A stretch of 63,985 nucleotides of DNA, the filler included, from Choristocarpus tenellus KU-1152 (taxonomy: Eukaryota; Protista; Phaeophyceae), in the NCBI GenBank assembly GCA_964200185.2. It is 6 parts of 6 records of this genome, joined end to end, with 100 filler letters (N's around TTAATTAATTAA, not from the genome) between each part and the next. Parts side by side here need not be neighbours in the genome. Positions count along the whole stretch, not along the records: positions 1 to 12,811 come from CAXNAD020001696.1; positions 12,912 to 22,899 come from CAXNAD020003224.1; 4 more parts are not named here. One strand, written 5' to 3'. Shown in pieces: positions 1 through 12,984 of this stretch (position 1 is the first letter of the stretch; the number at the start of each line of letters is the position of its first letter). Under the pieces are notes generated by a model, which was given only the letters and a program-made list of their open reading frames with translations, made no database searches and had not been told where the DNA came from. Position numbers and translations under genes: made by a program.

Positions 1-234
1 CCCGGGGGGGGCCATCTGTCCTTGTACCTTTGGCTTGGTCGCTTCCAAATCGTTTCGGTGCCCTCCACAACCACCGAATTAGTTTTGAAAAAATATATAT
101 CCCATTCAAAAGGGGGCTCTTAAAAAGTGCCAAAACATTAAATAAAAAAAACATACCGACACTTTTTCACGGTCAATTTTGGGCCAAACCCATCCTCCAT
201 AGTATCCTCCATCCTCAATTTTGAGAATACACTG
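1..234. mobile_element. MITE family D, right part (ends ...CCATCCTCAATTTTGAGAATACACTG, followed by TTA)
   Basis: Similar termini occur at 16894-17087 and 37914-37979, and in reverse complement at 12760-12811. All are flanked by TTA or TAA. Confidence 0.7.
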
Positions 235-1759
235 TTAAATGCCCATATTATGACCAAATATATTTTCAAAGTCAACTGATACGACAGCAAGGTTGGCTAG
301 TGGTGAGGTTAAAAAGCATTGCCTGCCTCATGGAGAAATAGGAGAAAAATCACTTGGATGGAAGAGTCTATTTGAACATACTTCAGACAATTATGAACTG
401 CTGCTAGTCTGTACATACTTTAACTCAATTGCAATCAAAACTAACAAAAAGGGTAGAGGGGAAAATTCTCACCCTATGTAATGCAAATAAGATAAAAACA
501 GCAATGCATGCTGTAATGTGTGCACATCCATCAATAATTCTCCGGTCTCCAGGAGATATTTCAATGGAGTACCAGAAGAAAATATTCAGAGGAGCAGCAA
601 AACAAACTTAGTATTCCTGACAATTGCAAGGAGACTCCAAGATGATGAATGGATCCCAACACCAATTGATCTGAAGTCTCAATTCTAATAGATCCCTTCA
701 ATGTTTCACAACAATCACACACCCAACCAGCACCTGTTAAAAGCGTACGAAATATAACATGAAACTACACTAGGAGTACAAATGTTGGCACCATGACCTG
801 AGCAATCCCATGTACTAATCAATGCATCAACATTTGAAAAATTGACTAGACTAAGTTGCATCAAGGATGATTGGTTAGAGACAACCTCACTGTATCACTT
901 GGGGAAAAAGCACACCCAAAACAGATGAGATAATTTCATTTAAAAAGAACTACATAGGAATTACAGAAGCATTGGCTACTTTTTTTAGCACTCCCTTGAC
1001 TACTGCATGCTGATACTCTCTTTGGTTTCTACCCTATGTAGGGGGAGGTATTGCCCACCAATTCTTACAGTTGATCTTGAAGCCGTATCACTATTCAGTC
1101 TTGTGTTAGTCCACATTTCTTTTTAGTTGAGTGGAGCACTGGAGTAATGGATTCAATGAGGGCTGCATATATTTGGGTTAAATGTATCATAGCATATTAA
1201 CAGACAGAACTCGAGATCTTGTACTAGTCTTATATTCTGTGCAACTCAAACTGCCACATGGTCACACAAAGTCACATAGGGTGACAAAGGATTGAAGTTT
1301 ATCCTGTCACCACATACACAAAGGGTTGTACAGGTGGAAATTGTGCTATGTCAACTTATTACAGTGCTGGATGACACACCTCAAAATGCTATTACTTTTA
1401 ACATTCAACACTGTAAACTTGCGCATTTAACCTTGCCACTTCTCTTCTTTGATGTGTACAAATGCATTTCCCTCATAGTACAAAAGTCACATACAACCAT
1501 GAGTGCTTCTTTGCATTTCTTGTTTTTCAGCTGTGCAAGTCCTAGAGAGCTACCTCTTCATACAGATAACATTTTAGTCCTTAAAGGTCATGGGAGGGTT
1601 CTGCCCGCAAGGCCAAAACATACTTTGTGATTGCTACTTGCACTCTTTGCTGTTCCTCACATCTCTAATACATACCATGCATGCAACAGTAGTCCTTTGT
1701 ACTACAGCATGCCCTTCATCTGTTGGCATGTACTTAATACTATCAAATATTAGAGGACA

Positions 1760-4700
1760 TCATAGCACAGCAACTTGACTATCTGATTCAACAATGGTGA
1801 AGGTGTCATCCTTGCTATTTGGATTCTCTGGATGCTCTGGGGAGTTCTGGGCAGGCACCATCTCAAGCTTTAGGCAGGCATTTGTGGACAAGGAAGAGGG
1901 ATGTGAATTAGAGTTGAGAATAAGGGAAAGTGGCATCATAACTTGTAAGGTCAAAATATTTGTCCTCAATCTTAAAAAAAAGTCAAGGTTTACAGTTCAT
2001 CCTCATGTTTTCCATTATTCCAACTTTCATTGCTTTAGATATTGTAGAGAGCACAAAATCTTAATTATACATTCCCAATTTTTGATATCTAGGTCTCTGT
2101 GTACACATTCCAAATGGCACCATGAAATTAGGTCATGACCAGCCACCTCTGAACTTGAGTGCTATTTGGACAACTGTTATGTCAGCTAGAAATAAATTAA
2201 CTTCACCCCCCACCCCCACCCTATACTCTATATGATAACTGAAAGCACAATGAACACACCCAGGAGCTCAAGGGTGATCATATGTTCTAGTGCACAAGCA
2301 CGAGCTGTAGTAAACCATGAGGAATTGGTAAAATTGGGTTTGTTTCAATACACAACCCATTGAGCCAGTCCATGCATCTGACTGACAAACAAATCAAGAT
2401 TTTAATTTTCTCACTTTTGGGGTATTTTATCAAGGCCTGGATATATTGTTGGTTATGAGGCACCCATTGTTAATTCTCAGTTTTAAAAAAGTCTCAATGA
2501 TTAGGTGCTTTAGTCTTACGTAACGTGATCTTTCCACGTACATGGTTCAGCACAGAAGATCTCCAAATATACTGCAAGGGAACCACTCAAGGCAGATGTA
2601 ATCGCAATGAATTCCGCCAAACACTTCATTTACTTTACCAATGGGACAAACATGACATGGAAACAATTGTATCTGAGACTATTCACTACATGCCAATCAT
2701 GGACTGATATTTGGACCCAGTACACATAGCATGCTAAAATGTTACATTTGCAGTGTTTCGTAGAAATGGTTCTTAATCTCATGGCATTCTGAATGAATGC
2801 TCCTGTATAGAACTAATCAGCCCTATCATGCCTAAATATTTTGCAATCTGCTTGTAAGCATGAAATACAGGAGGTCAAGTTGAGGCTATCAGAAAAATGG
2901 CCGACTTAGCTGTATGATCATACTACTTATTATTTACAGTCAACACTTTGGCCAACCAATGAGTAAAGCACAACGGTTAAATCCCCTATATTGCAAGAAA
3001 AACTGAAGTCTGAAGTTAATGATACGGGGGTCTCTCAGAGTTATCAAAGGTACATGTGACTCTTACATTTTCCCTCGTGTCCAAGCCCCCATAGGTGGAT
3101 CCAGCTGGAGTGTAACAGAATGCCATCAGAAGAACATATGTGTTGAACACTCCGTAGAAGAATGCCAACATCTTAGCCCCATGCTGACAACCACAGGGGA
3201 AGGAAAAAACGATTGTCAACTGAGTCTCGTGGAGGTCTTCTCTACTGAGAAAGACAGCACATTGTGACAAGGGAGGCTATGGCAATAGCATCACCACTCC
3301 TCCCCAACACTATATAACAGGGCACACTTTGCCTGCTCTGCATAGTGTGGGAAACTGTAAGGGTCTTCATAGTGCAGCCAGGATCTTATTTTGGATAACC
3401 TTTATTTGTGCTGCCCAATACCACACAAGTGAATCAGGACACTCCTTTATACAGCTGTCTATGTCTATGAGGGTGTGTGAAAGGGCATAAGAGCAAGGAA
3501 TGCTATTTGAATTGTCTGTTTGAAATTATTCTAAACCTTAAATGCTCTCGTTGAACATGCAATCAGTCTTGAACACCCAAAAGACTAAAACCCACCTGGT
3601 CTGGTGCAAGAGCCCCCAAGTAGATTGCAACAATAGAGAGGACTATGGTGGTCAAGGTGATGTGCAGAATAAACTGATATTCTGTGTTCATTTCACGAAC
3701 GTGGGCAAAGCTGCCGACAATGAGGAAGCCAAGCCAAAGGAAGTATACCGTAGCCAGGATGATGCCCACAGTCTAATATGGGAGGTGAGACAGATGGGTA
3801 GGAAAGGGGGTGCTGAGACCTGACTGGCATGAAGACCAAACATCTGCCATGCATTTGTGAGGATTGACACAACAAAAAACTGCATTCTTGATCCTGTTTT
3901 TTCATCTTTGCCATCAAGCTCATACGCTCCCTGTGCTAGTTGAAATTTCAATCAATGCATTGCCTCAGAAGAGTTGACCCACAATTCACTTTAATACTAA
4001 TCACCCCCATGGGCAAAAATACTCACTTTAATCACAGGGTGATGGGAAATGGAACTTTGCGTGCAGGCACAATGACGTAATTTTGTATACATATTTGGAA
4101 CTCAAGTTAACGAACAAAGTCCACCCCTGCAGTCAGCCAATTCAAACAAATCACCTTGACACCAGTGTAGGAGGACAGATCATCAAATGTACTGTAGGAT
4201 GGATCTCCCACCTGCTTCACCCTCACATAGCTGTAAGTGAATGGGGATCAATAGGATTAGTGCAAACACCTGCCAGAGCTGTGGTGGAATGACCATGATG
4301 CAAGCAAGCAGAGTGCAGTTGTCTGCAGCAGAAAATTGATAATTGGACACACTAGACTTTAAAGTTTGTAAATAGGGTTTTAATCAACTTCCTCAGTTTG
4401 CTTTCGACATTTTGAAGTGACCATGTAATGTATGCAAGGGGCAAGATCAGATGTGCTTCATAAAATATCCTAGGTTTGAAACAGAACATGCTGAATCAAA
4501 ACAATCACATCAAGGGTCAACACTGTTCTATGTTCTTTGAGACCAAGTCTTAACAGCGGAAAAATCAAAGGAAATTCACATCTCTCAAACTTGGGGCATT
4601 TATTGTTGTGGAAGAAGGATGCTTCTGGATTCTGAATGCTGAACTGTGAGGTCACATTCTATAGTAAATTGTTCCTTGCTATCTATGATGTACAGTTGAA

Positions 4701-7700
4701 GGTACTAAGCATTCTGTTTGTACTTTTCTGTTCATATTAGGAAAAATTTCTCTAAAATTTGATGACCAAAGCGTCCAAATATACTTTTCGAACAAGGTTT
4801 CTTGATTTTTTACCCTCAGAAGACTTGATGTGAGTCTGGTGGTAGTTTGGAGATGAGGACGGCTTGAGGTACAGGTTTAGAAATCAGGTCTTGTAGGAAT
4901 ATTTTCTCACCCACTTTACAAATATCAAACACTATAGGCACATTTTTTCAAGGTCTGATTCCTTAGAGGAGACATAAACGCAGCTGTTTGAAGTGTTTGA
5001 AGTCAACATTTTTGTTTCAGTAGGAAGGCGTTTGCAATTAACACCCATGGCAACCTTTTCCTGTAAGATGAGCCAATGTGGGTGTACTCAGTGTTGACAT
5101 CCAATAAGTGAACACTGAATTCAAATTTTGGTACACACACCAGCTTAACTGTGCACAGATCCAGGATCCTCTTAAAGCAGCATTTTTTTTTCCACTTTTC
5201 AAAAGAAATCTGCATTAGCAGCACAACCAATGCTATGGTGCAGAGTATTTAGGAGTACAGAGATTAGTTTGTGCCTGGTCAGAAAACATCACAAATGCTC
5301 TTCCTTATCCTAATTTTCACTCACATGTAGACCAATATGGTCACAATCCAAATAAGGCCAACTAGGATAAGCTTAGGCAAGTACTCCAGCAGAGTTTTTT
5401 GTCTATTGCGTTCCCACTCCTGTGCAGTATCACTTCCCTACATTGAAGCACACCGGGAAAAGAGCCTTGTGAGTGAACCACACCATCTCTTGAAGGGTGA
5501 GTTATTGTTTCAATTGCAGTGGTGTTCCAGGCCACAACCTAGAAAAAAAAAATGAGAGCCTCTAGTATACTACCTGCCAGCAAGTACCATGCACTTATTG
5601 CATAGAGCCCATCTACAATCATCAACTCATATGCTCCCACCTCAATGTTTCCAACTGCTAGATCTCCAAAAAGCTCCAGCCAGAAAAACAGCATGATGGC
5701 CAGGAACGTGGCCAAGAAAACGATATACACGCTGTACCAATGGGAAGGACATAGTTATGAAAACATAGTTATGAAAACATAATTATGACAAAATGGAGTC
5801 TTCTAAAAATGGCACTAATATCGCAATATACATGTTATGGTTCCAACAAGAGGATGCTGACTTGAAGACCAGAAACCTCAATACATAAACAGACCCCTTT
5901 CAGTATGCACAATGCATATACAGCATGACATCTTCAAAAAAACATAGTAAGGAATCCATGTGACAAACGAGTATACACATTTGGGTATCAACACAACACA
6001 CAACACACACAGTACCTACCTCTTACGAATGGATCAAGGTAAAACTACAGTGAGAGGAACTTCACAACATTATTGTATCCACAGCGTGTACCACACAGTT
6101 GTCATCTGGAGAGTAAAGAATACAAGAATACAACATTACAATACACCAGGGCCAGCCAATTCTGGGAGCAAGTTCACAGGGTATTTCACTTTGACATCAC
6201 CAGGGGTAACAGAACTATTAACGCATGGTCATTCCTTTGATCAAAGGATCTAATTTCAACATAAAATATGTCAAGGGCACCATCAAAGAATGTAAATCTG
6301 ATTCCTTGCAATGTCGAAGTGGCTGTAAAGAGGATAGAAGCCCAAAAACTATTCTTGTACCACTGGTGTTTCCTCTATACCTTTTCCAGAAAGAATTTTA
6401 TATCTATGTGATTTCCTGAACAGCAATAATCACTATGAGGACTTAAGGTACATTAAAACTAACCCATAAATGCCCCTCCATGAAAGGTAACATTTTTTGC
6501 CGCAACTGATACTCTTCTTGACATAAGGCATGCAGTTCTTGCTATTTGTGTAACCTACTGACTTTGTTGCCTTCTGCAAAACAGTAAGTGCATTGATGTT
6601 GGCAGTTCCTTTTCATTGGTTGGATTTAAAGTGATTTTCACCAACTGCTTCTTATGCGATTACTTCCACATCAAAATACACATCAAAACCATCACACCTA
6701 TTCCACACTTTAACTACAATTAGTTCTAATGCTATCAACCCCAACAGATCCAGGCTTGTGGTTTTCCTGCATAGAGCTCTTCAATGGATACTAGCCAAGG
6801 AGCGGGCTTCGAGACTATACACCCCTTGTTGATAATTGTTGGTAATTGGCAACCACGAAGATGAAAAGGAATTGAGTGTTATCAAACATCAATCAAACAT
6901 AAATTCAGCCAGATAACTTGATGTTGGTGCACTGCTGTATCAAACACTATGTTGGGATTAAATTAACACCAAGTATCTTTGTGCACAACTGCGACAAGCA
7001 CTATGTTACCCGGACTTTGTACCCCACATGAAATGACTTGGGGACACACCATCCAAAGACCTTTGCAAAAAATAATACACTGTCATGCTTGATTCTTTGA
7101 ATGAATACTGTATGGAGGAACAGACAGAGTGAATCAAGTTGGAGGGGAAAAGTTTGAACCACACAATTCACACAATTCACAGACCATAGAAAAGTGCTCT
7201 TTTTGTCTTGAACAAAAACCCTCCGTAATAGTATGTAAACATTGTGTATATCCCCAAATACTTGAGCTTTCTACCACAAAACTGAACACTGAACACTGAA
7301 CAGAGTGAGGCAAGTGTTTCCCTCAAACTTTTTCACTAGCATTAGAAAATGAAAATGTGGAAATGCTTTCACAACTACGTTGGGGCTCTCACGTATATGT
7401 CACCTACACTTTGCCTTAGAATAAGGTAATTTGTTGGATAACATGGGATCTTTTCTAATGCCACGTGAGCTTCAATCAGGCATGGATATAGAACGACTAA
7501 ATATCCAACATATGAGATGTATGTGCTGGCAGTGCTGAGGAAATATAATGCACCCAGAATCCGCTAAAAGCATACTTGTAATTCTTTCCACTGACTGCAA
7601 AGACAATAATAAGATGAAGATAACTTCACACCGCAAAAAATACAAAAAAGTAAAAAAATTGTTTCAAAGTACTACATAAAAGTATCATAAAATAGTGCTA

Positions 7701-10700
7701 CAAAACGTTGTATGCACTGTTGTGGACACACGTTAGCTAACATCATCTGCTGTTTGTGCAGCCTGCGACCTGTATCCCCCAAACACATGTGAAATGAGTA
7801 TTGGCCAATTAATTCCCAGAAGCATGACTGTACATGTCAATAACTGAGTCAAATTGTCGTACCTGAAGAAGAACCGCGGAAATGGGGAGTGTATCTGTAA
7901 TACAAAGAACACATTGTTGAAGAAGAGCAAAGCCACAAGCATTGCCCCTACACGAACCTGCACACCATATATGAGAAATGGTTGCAACAATACGTGACAC
8001 TCGAGATTAAGATGTTTATGCACCATTCAACATTGTAAAAATGGTATGTCAAGAGACCAGGAGACAGCTCTGAGTCAAAGTAAATGAGAAGTATCCAGAG
8101 TTGCATTTTAAGGATGCTGACAACATGTACAAAATTTGCCTCTCTACAAATGTGTAAAGTAGATTTTCTGAATTATTTTTAAACTCTCAAAAAATAGAGA
8201 AATCAACACTCTTAAGCCCAACTTTGCACTTTATCCATAGAACTATGGGTAAATCGCAAAATATGAAAAACTGGCATAAAATGCAAAATGGCCAAAACCT
8301 GGGCAAGCACTTGTGAAGATTTGACAATTTCTGGTCCATATCAAGCACTGAAACTCTACGCATTGTACTACAACAAACAATGCAATGATCTACTATTTAA
8401 GAGGTCTGTCATAGGAAGTAGAACTTGGAAACAAAAGGTAACAAACAACCCACCTGCTGGCGAGACCAAAAATTCTGGTGTAGCTTCAGCATTTCTGTGA
8501 AAAAGCCTATCTTGGGCAAGAACATGAAGCACAAAGTGATCATCACCCACGCATAGAACCATGTCATCTGGAAGTGTGTGAACTCCTCAGAGATATAGAC
8601 TATCTCAAATCCAAGTGTGAACGAATGTATATCAGCAAAGAAGTCTGGCTCCACCATATCTACCTGTTTGGGAGGTGGGTATTACATATCAGAAGCACAT
8701 GGCATACAACAACATACTTTGCGATGGGCAGACTACAGCTTTAGGTACTAGTCTAAAATACTTCACTCGTCACAAGATCACTGACAAGGTCACTGAAAAA
8801 AAAAACTTCTCAATCTTCATTGTACTGCATTTGATTTTGGATACAAGCACATCAAGGTTGAGTTTTTACCTTCATGTAGTAAGCCTTGTATTTCACAAAG
8901 TCTTCCATGATGAGTGTTTCCCAACCACACCACCTAAATGGAAGGAAGGAAGACCATGTGAATAGGCACAATCTGATCAACTCATGTCCACATCAGGAAC
9001 AGTTCAGCTTAAAATAAGCATACTCAATGTAAAATGATGAGACTATCAGGCAAAACAGTGAGCTCAGTGAGTGTGGCAACCCCATTGTAATACTGAGATT
9101 TGTGCCATTAACTGATGGTCATTCTATTCCAAGTAGGGAATATACTGCAGAGGTTGCAAAGAGTTGATGAAGCTATGAACACAATAACACATCCTTACTT
9201 TGCTCTGGACATACGATGAAACTCTACATGCAAATAGGAAATTGATGGATATTGAACATAATGCAAACACGTTGAACAACACAATGGTCTCGTTCATTAT
9301 GGAAAGCCGATAGTAAAAACAGAAGCTTCAAGTCTGGAGTTTCTGCAGTTGGTGTTGTCAAGTATATTGATGGAGGGAATACATTGCTACTCTCCCTCAG
9401 AGCCTAGAAAAATCGGACAAGATCAGTAGCACCAGGTCTATTGTTCAAAAGGGGACCACCAACTGCTCAAAGTCTACTCACTCTTCGTCACGTGAGCAAT
9501 CAATTATTCGATCAGTCACCACGCCCTCAGTTAACGCTAGACACTGTCCTTCCACATCACAAGTATCTGTACAACCATCAGGGCACAGGCTTGGATCAAT
9601 GTCCCCATGTGCCCCCCAGGAGGATACAGTGTACCGCTGCTCATATGATACCTCGCTTGTTCCTACGGTGGGCTTCAGTAATCGCATCTGTAGAAACAAC
9701 ACCTGCAATAGAGGGATTTCATGGCCATCTTAGCCTCCATAGAGACACATTGAGCCTAGAGGCATTGGCTTCTGTCTATTGTGTTCAGTGTTTGGTGCAT
9801 CCCACTGTTTCATGTTTGAGATTCTAGGCTACACAACAGAGTAAACACTTTAAGAAAGAGATATCTCATGATGATGAAATAAACAAATAGCCTTGCAGCA
9901 ACTTACTGATTAATCGATCGCTAAACATTAGTTTGATGCAGGGTGAAATGATGCTCAAATATTTAACAGATATTGTCAAGAAGAAGAGGCAGCATATACG
10001 CTCAGACCCATGATCAAAGAGAGCACAAAAATAAGAGTAGAAGAAAGTGATACATCTAACAAAAAGCACAGCTACAATTACACAAGCCTTAAATGTAAGG
10101 ACTATAGAAACCAACACACAGTTATTTTTTTAAATAACAGCACAGGAGAAGTGTGAACACTGAACGTGTCAGAGGTCACAGAACCATGCATTCATCACAA
10201 GGCGTCACTACTCACAACTCTCTACACATTTCACTGTTCATGGCTTTGGATCTCCCTGATGAGACCTGTGGAGGCTTTGGAGTTTTTGACTAACAGTCCC
10301 ACACATCTCTCAGTGATCTATACATAACCTTGCTTGCCATCAGTTCAATCACACTCACCCAGCTTTTTTTCTAGCTGGTTTAGTTGCCTCTCTACCTTTT
10401 TTTGGTTCACAACACTACTCTAAAGGTGTCAACCCCAGAGGTTTGATTTCCACACCTGGGTCACACCAAAATATTGTAACATGTTACTCACAGATAAATA
10501 AGAATATACTGCATCATATGCACAGAGTCCAGGAAAAACATGGTCAACATGTCACTAAGACTAGGATGGACAAATGCTGCCCATTATGTGATGGAAATCA
10601 AATACTGACAAGGTTTATTTACTGTGGGCTGAGTGGGGATTTTCAGAGGTAAAAACAGACCATGAACGTGAGTTCAATGTATTCTCTCATATTCTATCAG

Positions 10701-11583
10701 GTAACCACAAAAAAATGAGATTGTACAGGCAGATGCAAACCTCACTGACAATGTAGTGTATTCTACATCCCAAATGTGAAGACTTCAGGGAAAAACGTTC
10801 CCCACTTTTCTTGCAGTGCATTGTCGGCAGAGGATGTTCTACTCAACATTTTGTGGTGCAACGTTGAGGTTAGACTTGAAGGTATGCGTCGCATTATGTG
10901 ATCAAGTTTCAAGGGAACGCGCAATCCACTCAAGTACCTCCATGAAACACATCTAAGCAAGGTTAAGACCAGATCGAACACTTTCCATTTGTCCTATAAC
11001 CCTCAAGCGTATCAGCTTCGCTTCAATACATCTGAGGATAGCTTCAGGTGACCAACACAGCAAGAAGCAACATTGTTGCCTGCGTAGTAATGGACAGCCA
11101 ACGCAAAGCAGAATAAACACAGACTATACTTTCTATTGAGGGACCATTATACGATTCCGCAGACTGCAATCCTTATTTGATGCCAACAGTACCATCAAGA
11201 CAAAATCACTCGGTAGTGAGGCAGCGCACCTGATGCACTGGCTCGATGCCACCGACTTGTCCATACCAGGTGACATTCAGAGAATCACTTTCAACATTGT
11301 CGTCTCTTCGCATGAAGACTGTGGGGCCCTTTTTCACCCCCATGATCAGGCAGGTGACGAGCCCCAAGAAGTACACCACGTAGAGTGCCGCTGAAAGTCC
11401 ATTGATTTGGGTTAAGGGAGATGAGTGGAGGGGAAAACGGGCATGTTTGAATGGACACACCTACGAAGCACTGGTCCAAAACCTCCGCTTTAACGCAGGC
11501 AAAGGCAAGGATGCAATGTAACCGATAAGGATGCAATGTAACTGGTAAGGACGCAATGCAACCGCCCTGGTCAAAAATACCAT
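1760..11583 (-). CDS. TMEM181: TMEM181 (GPR178, Wntless-like multi-pass membrane protein), spliced gene
   Basis: Phase-compatible GT-AG exons read by hand: 11230-11390, 9482-9702, 8870-8933, 8454-8663, 7863-7957, 5641-5731, 5325-5437, 4155-4230, 3596-3772, 3067-3183, and a probable last exon at 1760-1867. The peptides EEFTHFQMTWF, LLFFNNVFF, FLAIMLFFWL, EYLPKLILVGLIW, GDPSY, ATVYFLWLGFLI and FYGVFNTYVLLMAFCYTP follow the remembered TMEM181 motif order. The first exon (about 11461-11583) is ambiguous. Confidence 0.82.
8072..8320. mobile_element. MITE family C (TIR about GAGTCAAAGTAAACGAGAGGTACC) in a TMEM181 intron
   Basis: Shares the internal sequences GTTGCATTTTAAGGATGC and CATAGAAxTATGGGT with copies at 21760-21875, 23489-23784, 36770-37011 and a fragment at 51565-51607. 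Right boundary is approximate. Confidence 0.6.
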
Positions 11584-12759
11584 TTGAGGCACTACTCTTG
11601 TGTTGATGATTGAAGGGACGATTTCGTTCTACAGCGAAAATCTGCTGTACAATGAACCCGGGATAGATCACCATGACGTAAAGCTCTACAAATTTCGCAA
11701 AGTTTGCAACTGGACAACTGGGTGTGTCACACAACTTCACTGGAAAAAATATCTTACTGAAAGAGTTTTCTCACCAACGCCCTTTTTGGTTTTGTACGGC
11801 GTTGATTCCAGCCTCACTGTAGCAAAGCTTGCATTTTCCATTGTGGTGTGACCAGGTCTTCTCCCCTCCTTCAAAACTTTCCACCCTTTCTCTTCACTGG
11901 TTGTACTACCACTGTCCCCTACTTGAGACCAAATATTTTGCTTCTCTCATCTCACTACAAAAAGGAGTGGACTTTGTTCCAAATCTGTATATTTGCAAGA
12001 TATATGATGTATGCATCCATCCTTCGCCTATCAAACTAGACCATCAATCAAAACAATAGGTCATCTCTTCTCACTCGTTTCTTCTCATTGGATATTAAAT
12101 TAACAAAAAATAAGGAGGCCATCATCATTTTTAAGGATATTTGTATGTGAGAATTTGTGACGTTTTTAACGTAGTGAAGAGCTTTTTGTTACCACCACAA
12201 CTGTGTGGATCCAGACTTTCGGTATGATGGGCGTTCGTCCATGAAGACAAAAAGTACACCCTTATTATCGGTTGCCAGTTCCACCCCTTTTTGTACAGTC
12301 ATCCATACCTCTTCCTTCTCCCCATTCCTGTCTTCCACCTTCCAGCGTTTGCCTGTAGGCTTGGTGGAGCATAGGCTGCAATAAACGTGACCCTACTCCT
12401 AATGCCTTGTAGAGAATTGGAACTTTCATCAGTAGTCATTTGATGTGCAATACTTACAGTCTTCTCATCATGCAAACCATTGCTTCAACCCCCAGTCCAA
12501 CATCACGTCTTCCGCTTCCAAGATCTCCCACACTGAATAATACAAATTCAAAAGGATATTTGTGTGGGAAAGTATCCTGCTGGTCCCTACCCTATCCTAA
12601 AATCACATCTCCCAAAATGGCGTTCATTTCACTGGCAGATATTTATGTAGTCACATAACATGATACTCACAAACGCTGTGTTATCAGGGACTTGAATAAT
12701 ATCCAACAGCACTTAAGAACTATGTTGTCAAAAATCCAATCATCATAATCTTCAAATAA

Positions 12760-12811
12760 CAGTCGATCGCCAAAATTGAGGATGGAGCATACTATGGAGG
12801 ATGGGTTTGAC
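12760..12811. mobile_element. MITE family D, left end, cut by contig end
   Basis: TAA|CAGTCGATCGCCAAAATTGAGGATGGAGCATACTATGGAGGATGGG is the reverse complement of the terminus at about 185-234. Confidence 0.7.
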
Positions 12812-12911
12812 NNNNNNNNNNNNNNNNNNNNNNNNNNNNNNNNNNNNNNNNNNNNTTAATTAATTAANNNNNNNNNNNNNNNNNNNNNNNNNNNNNNNNN
12901 NNNNNNNNNNN
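12812..12911. other. Artificial contig spacer N44-TTAATTAATTAA-N44
   Basis: An identical 100-bp spacer with stop codons in all six frames also occurs at 22900-22999, 29875-29974, 37814-37913 and 61377-61476. Confidence 0.97.
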
Positions 12912-12984
12912 GCGACGTATGGGTGCACAGGAGATACAGAAAAGGCAAAAAAAGAGAACCGCTGCAACTGCACCATTTACAAAC

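Noticed and set aside
12812-12911. Recurrent TTAATTAATTAA palindrome inside N runs (five times)
   Set aside because: It is an assembly or concatenation linker, not biology.
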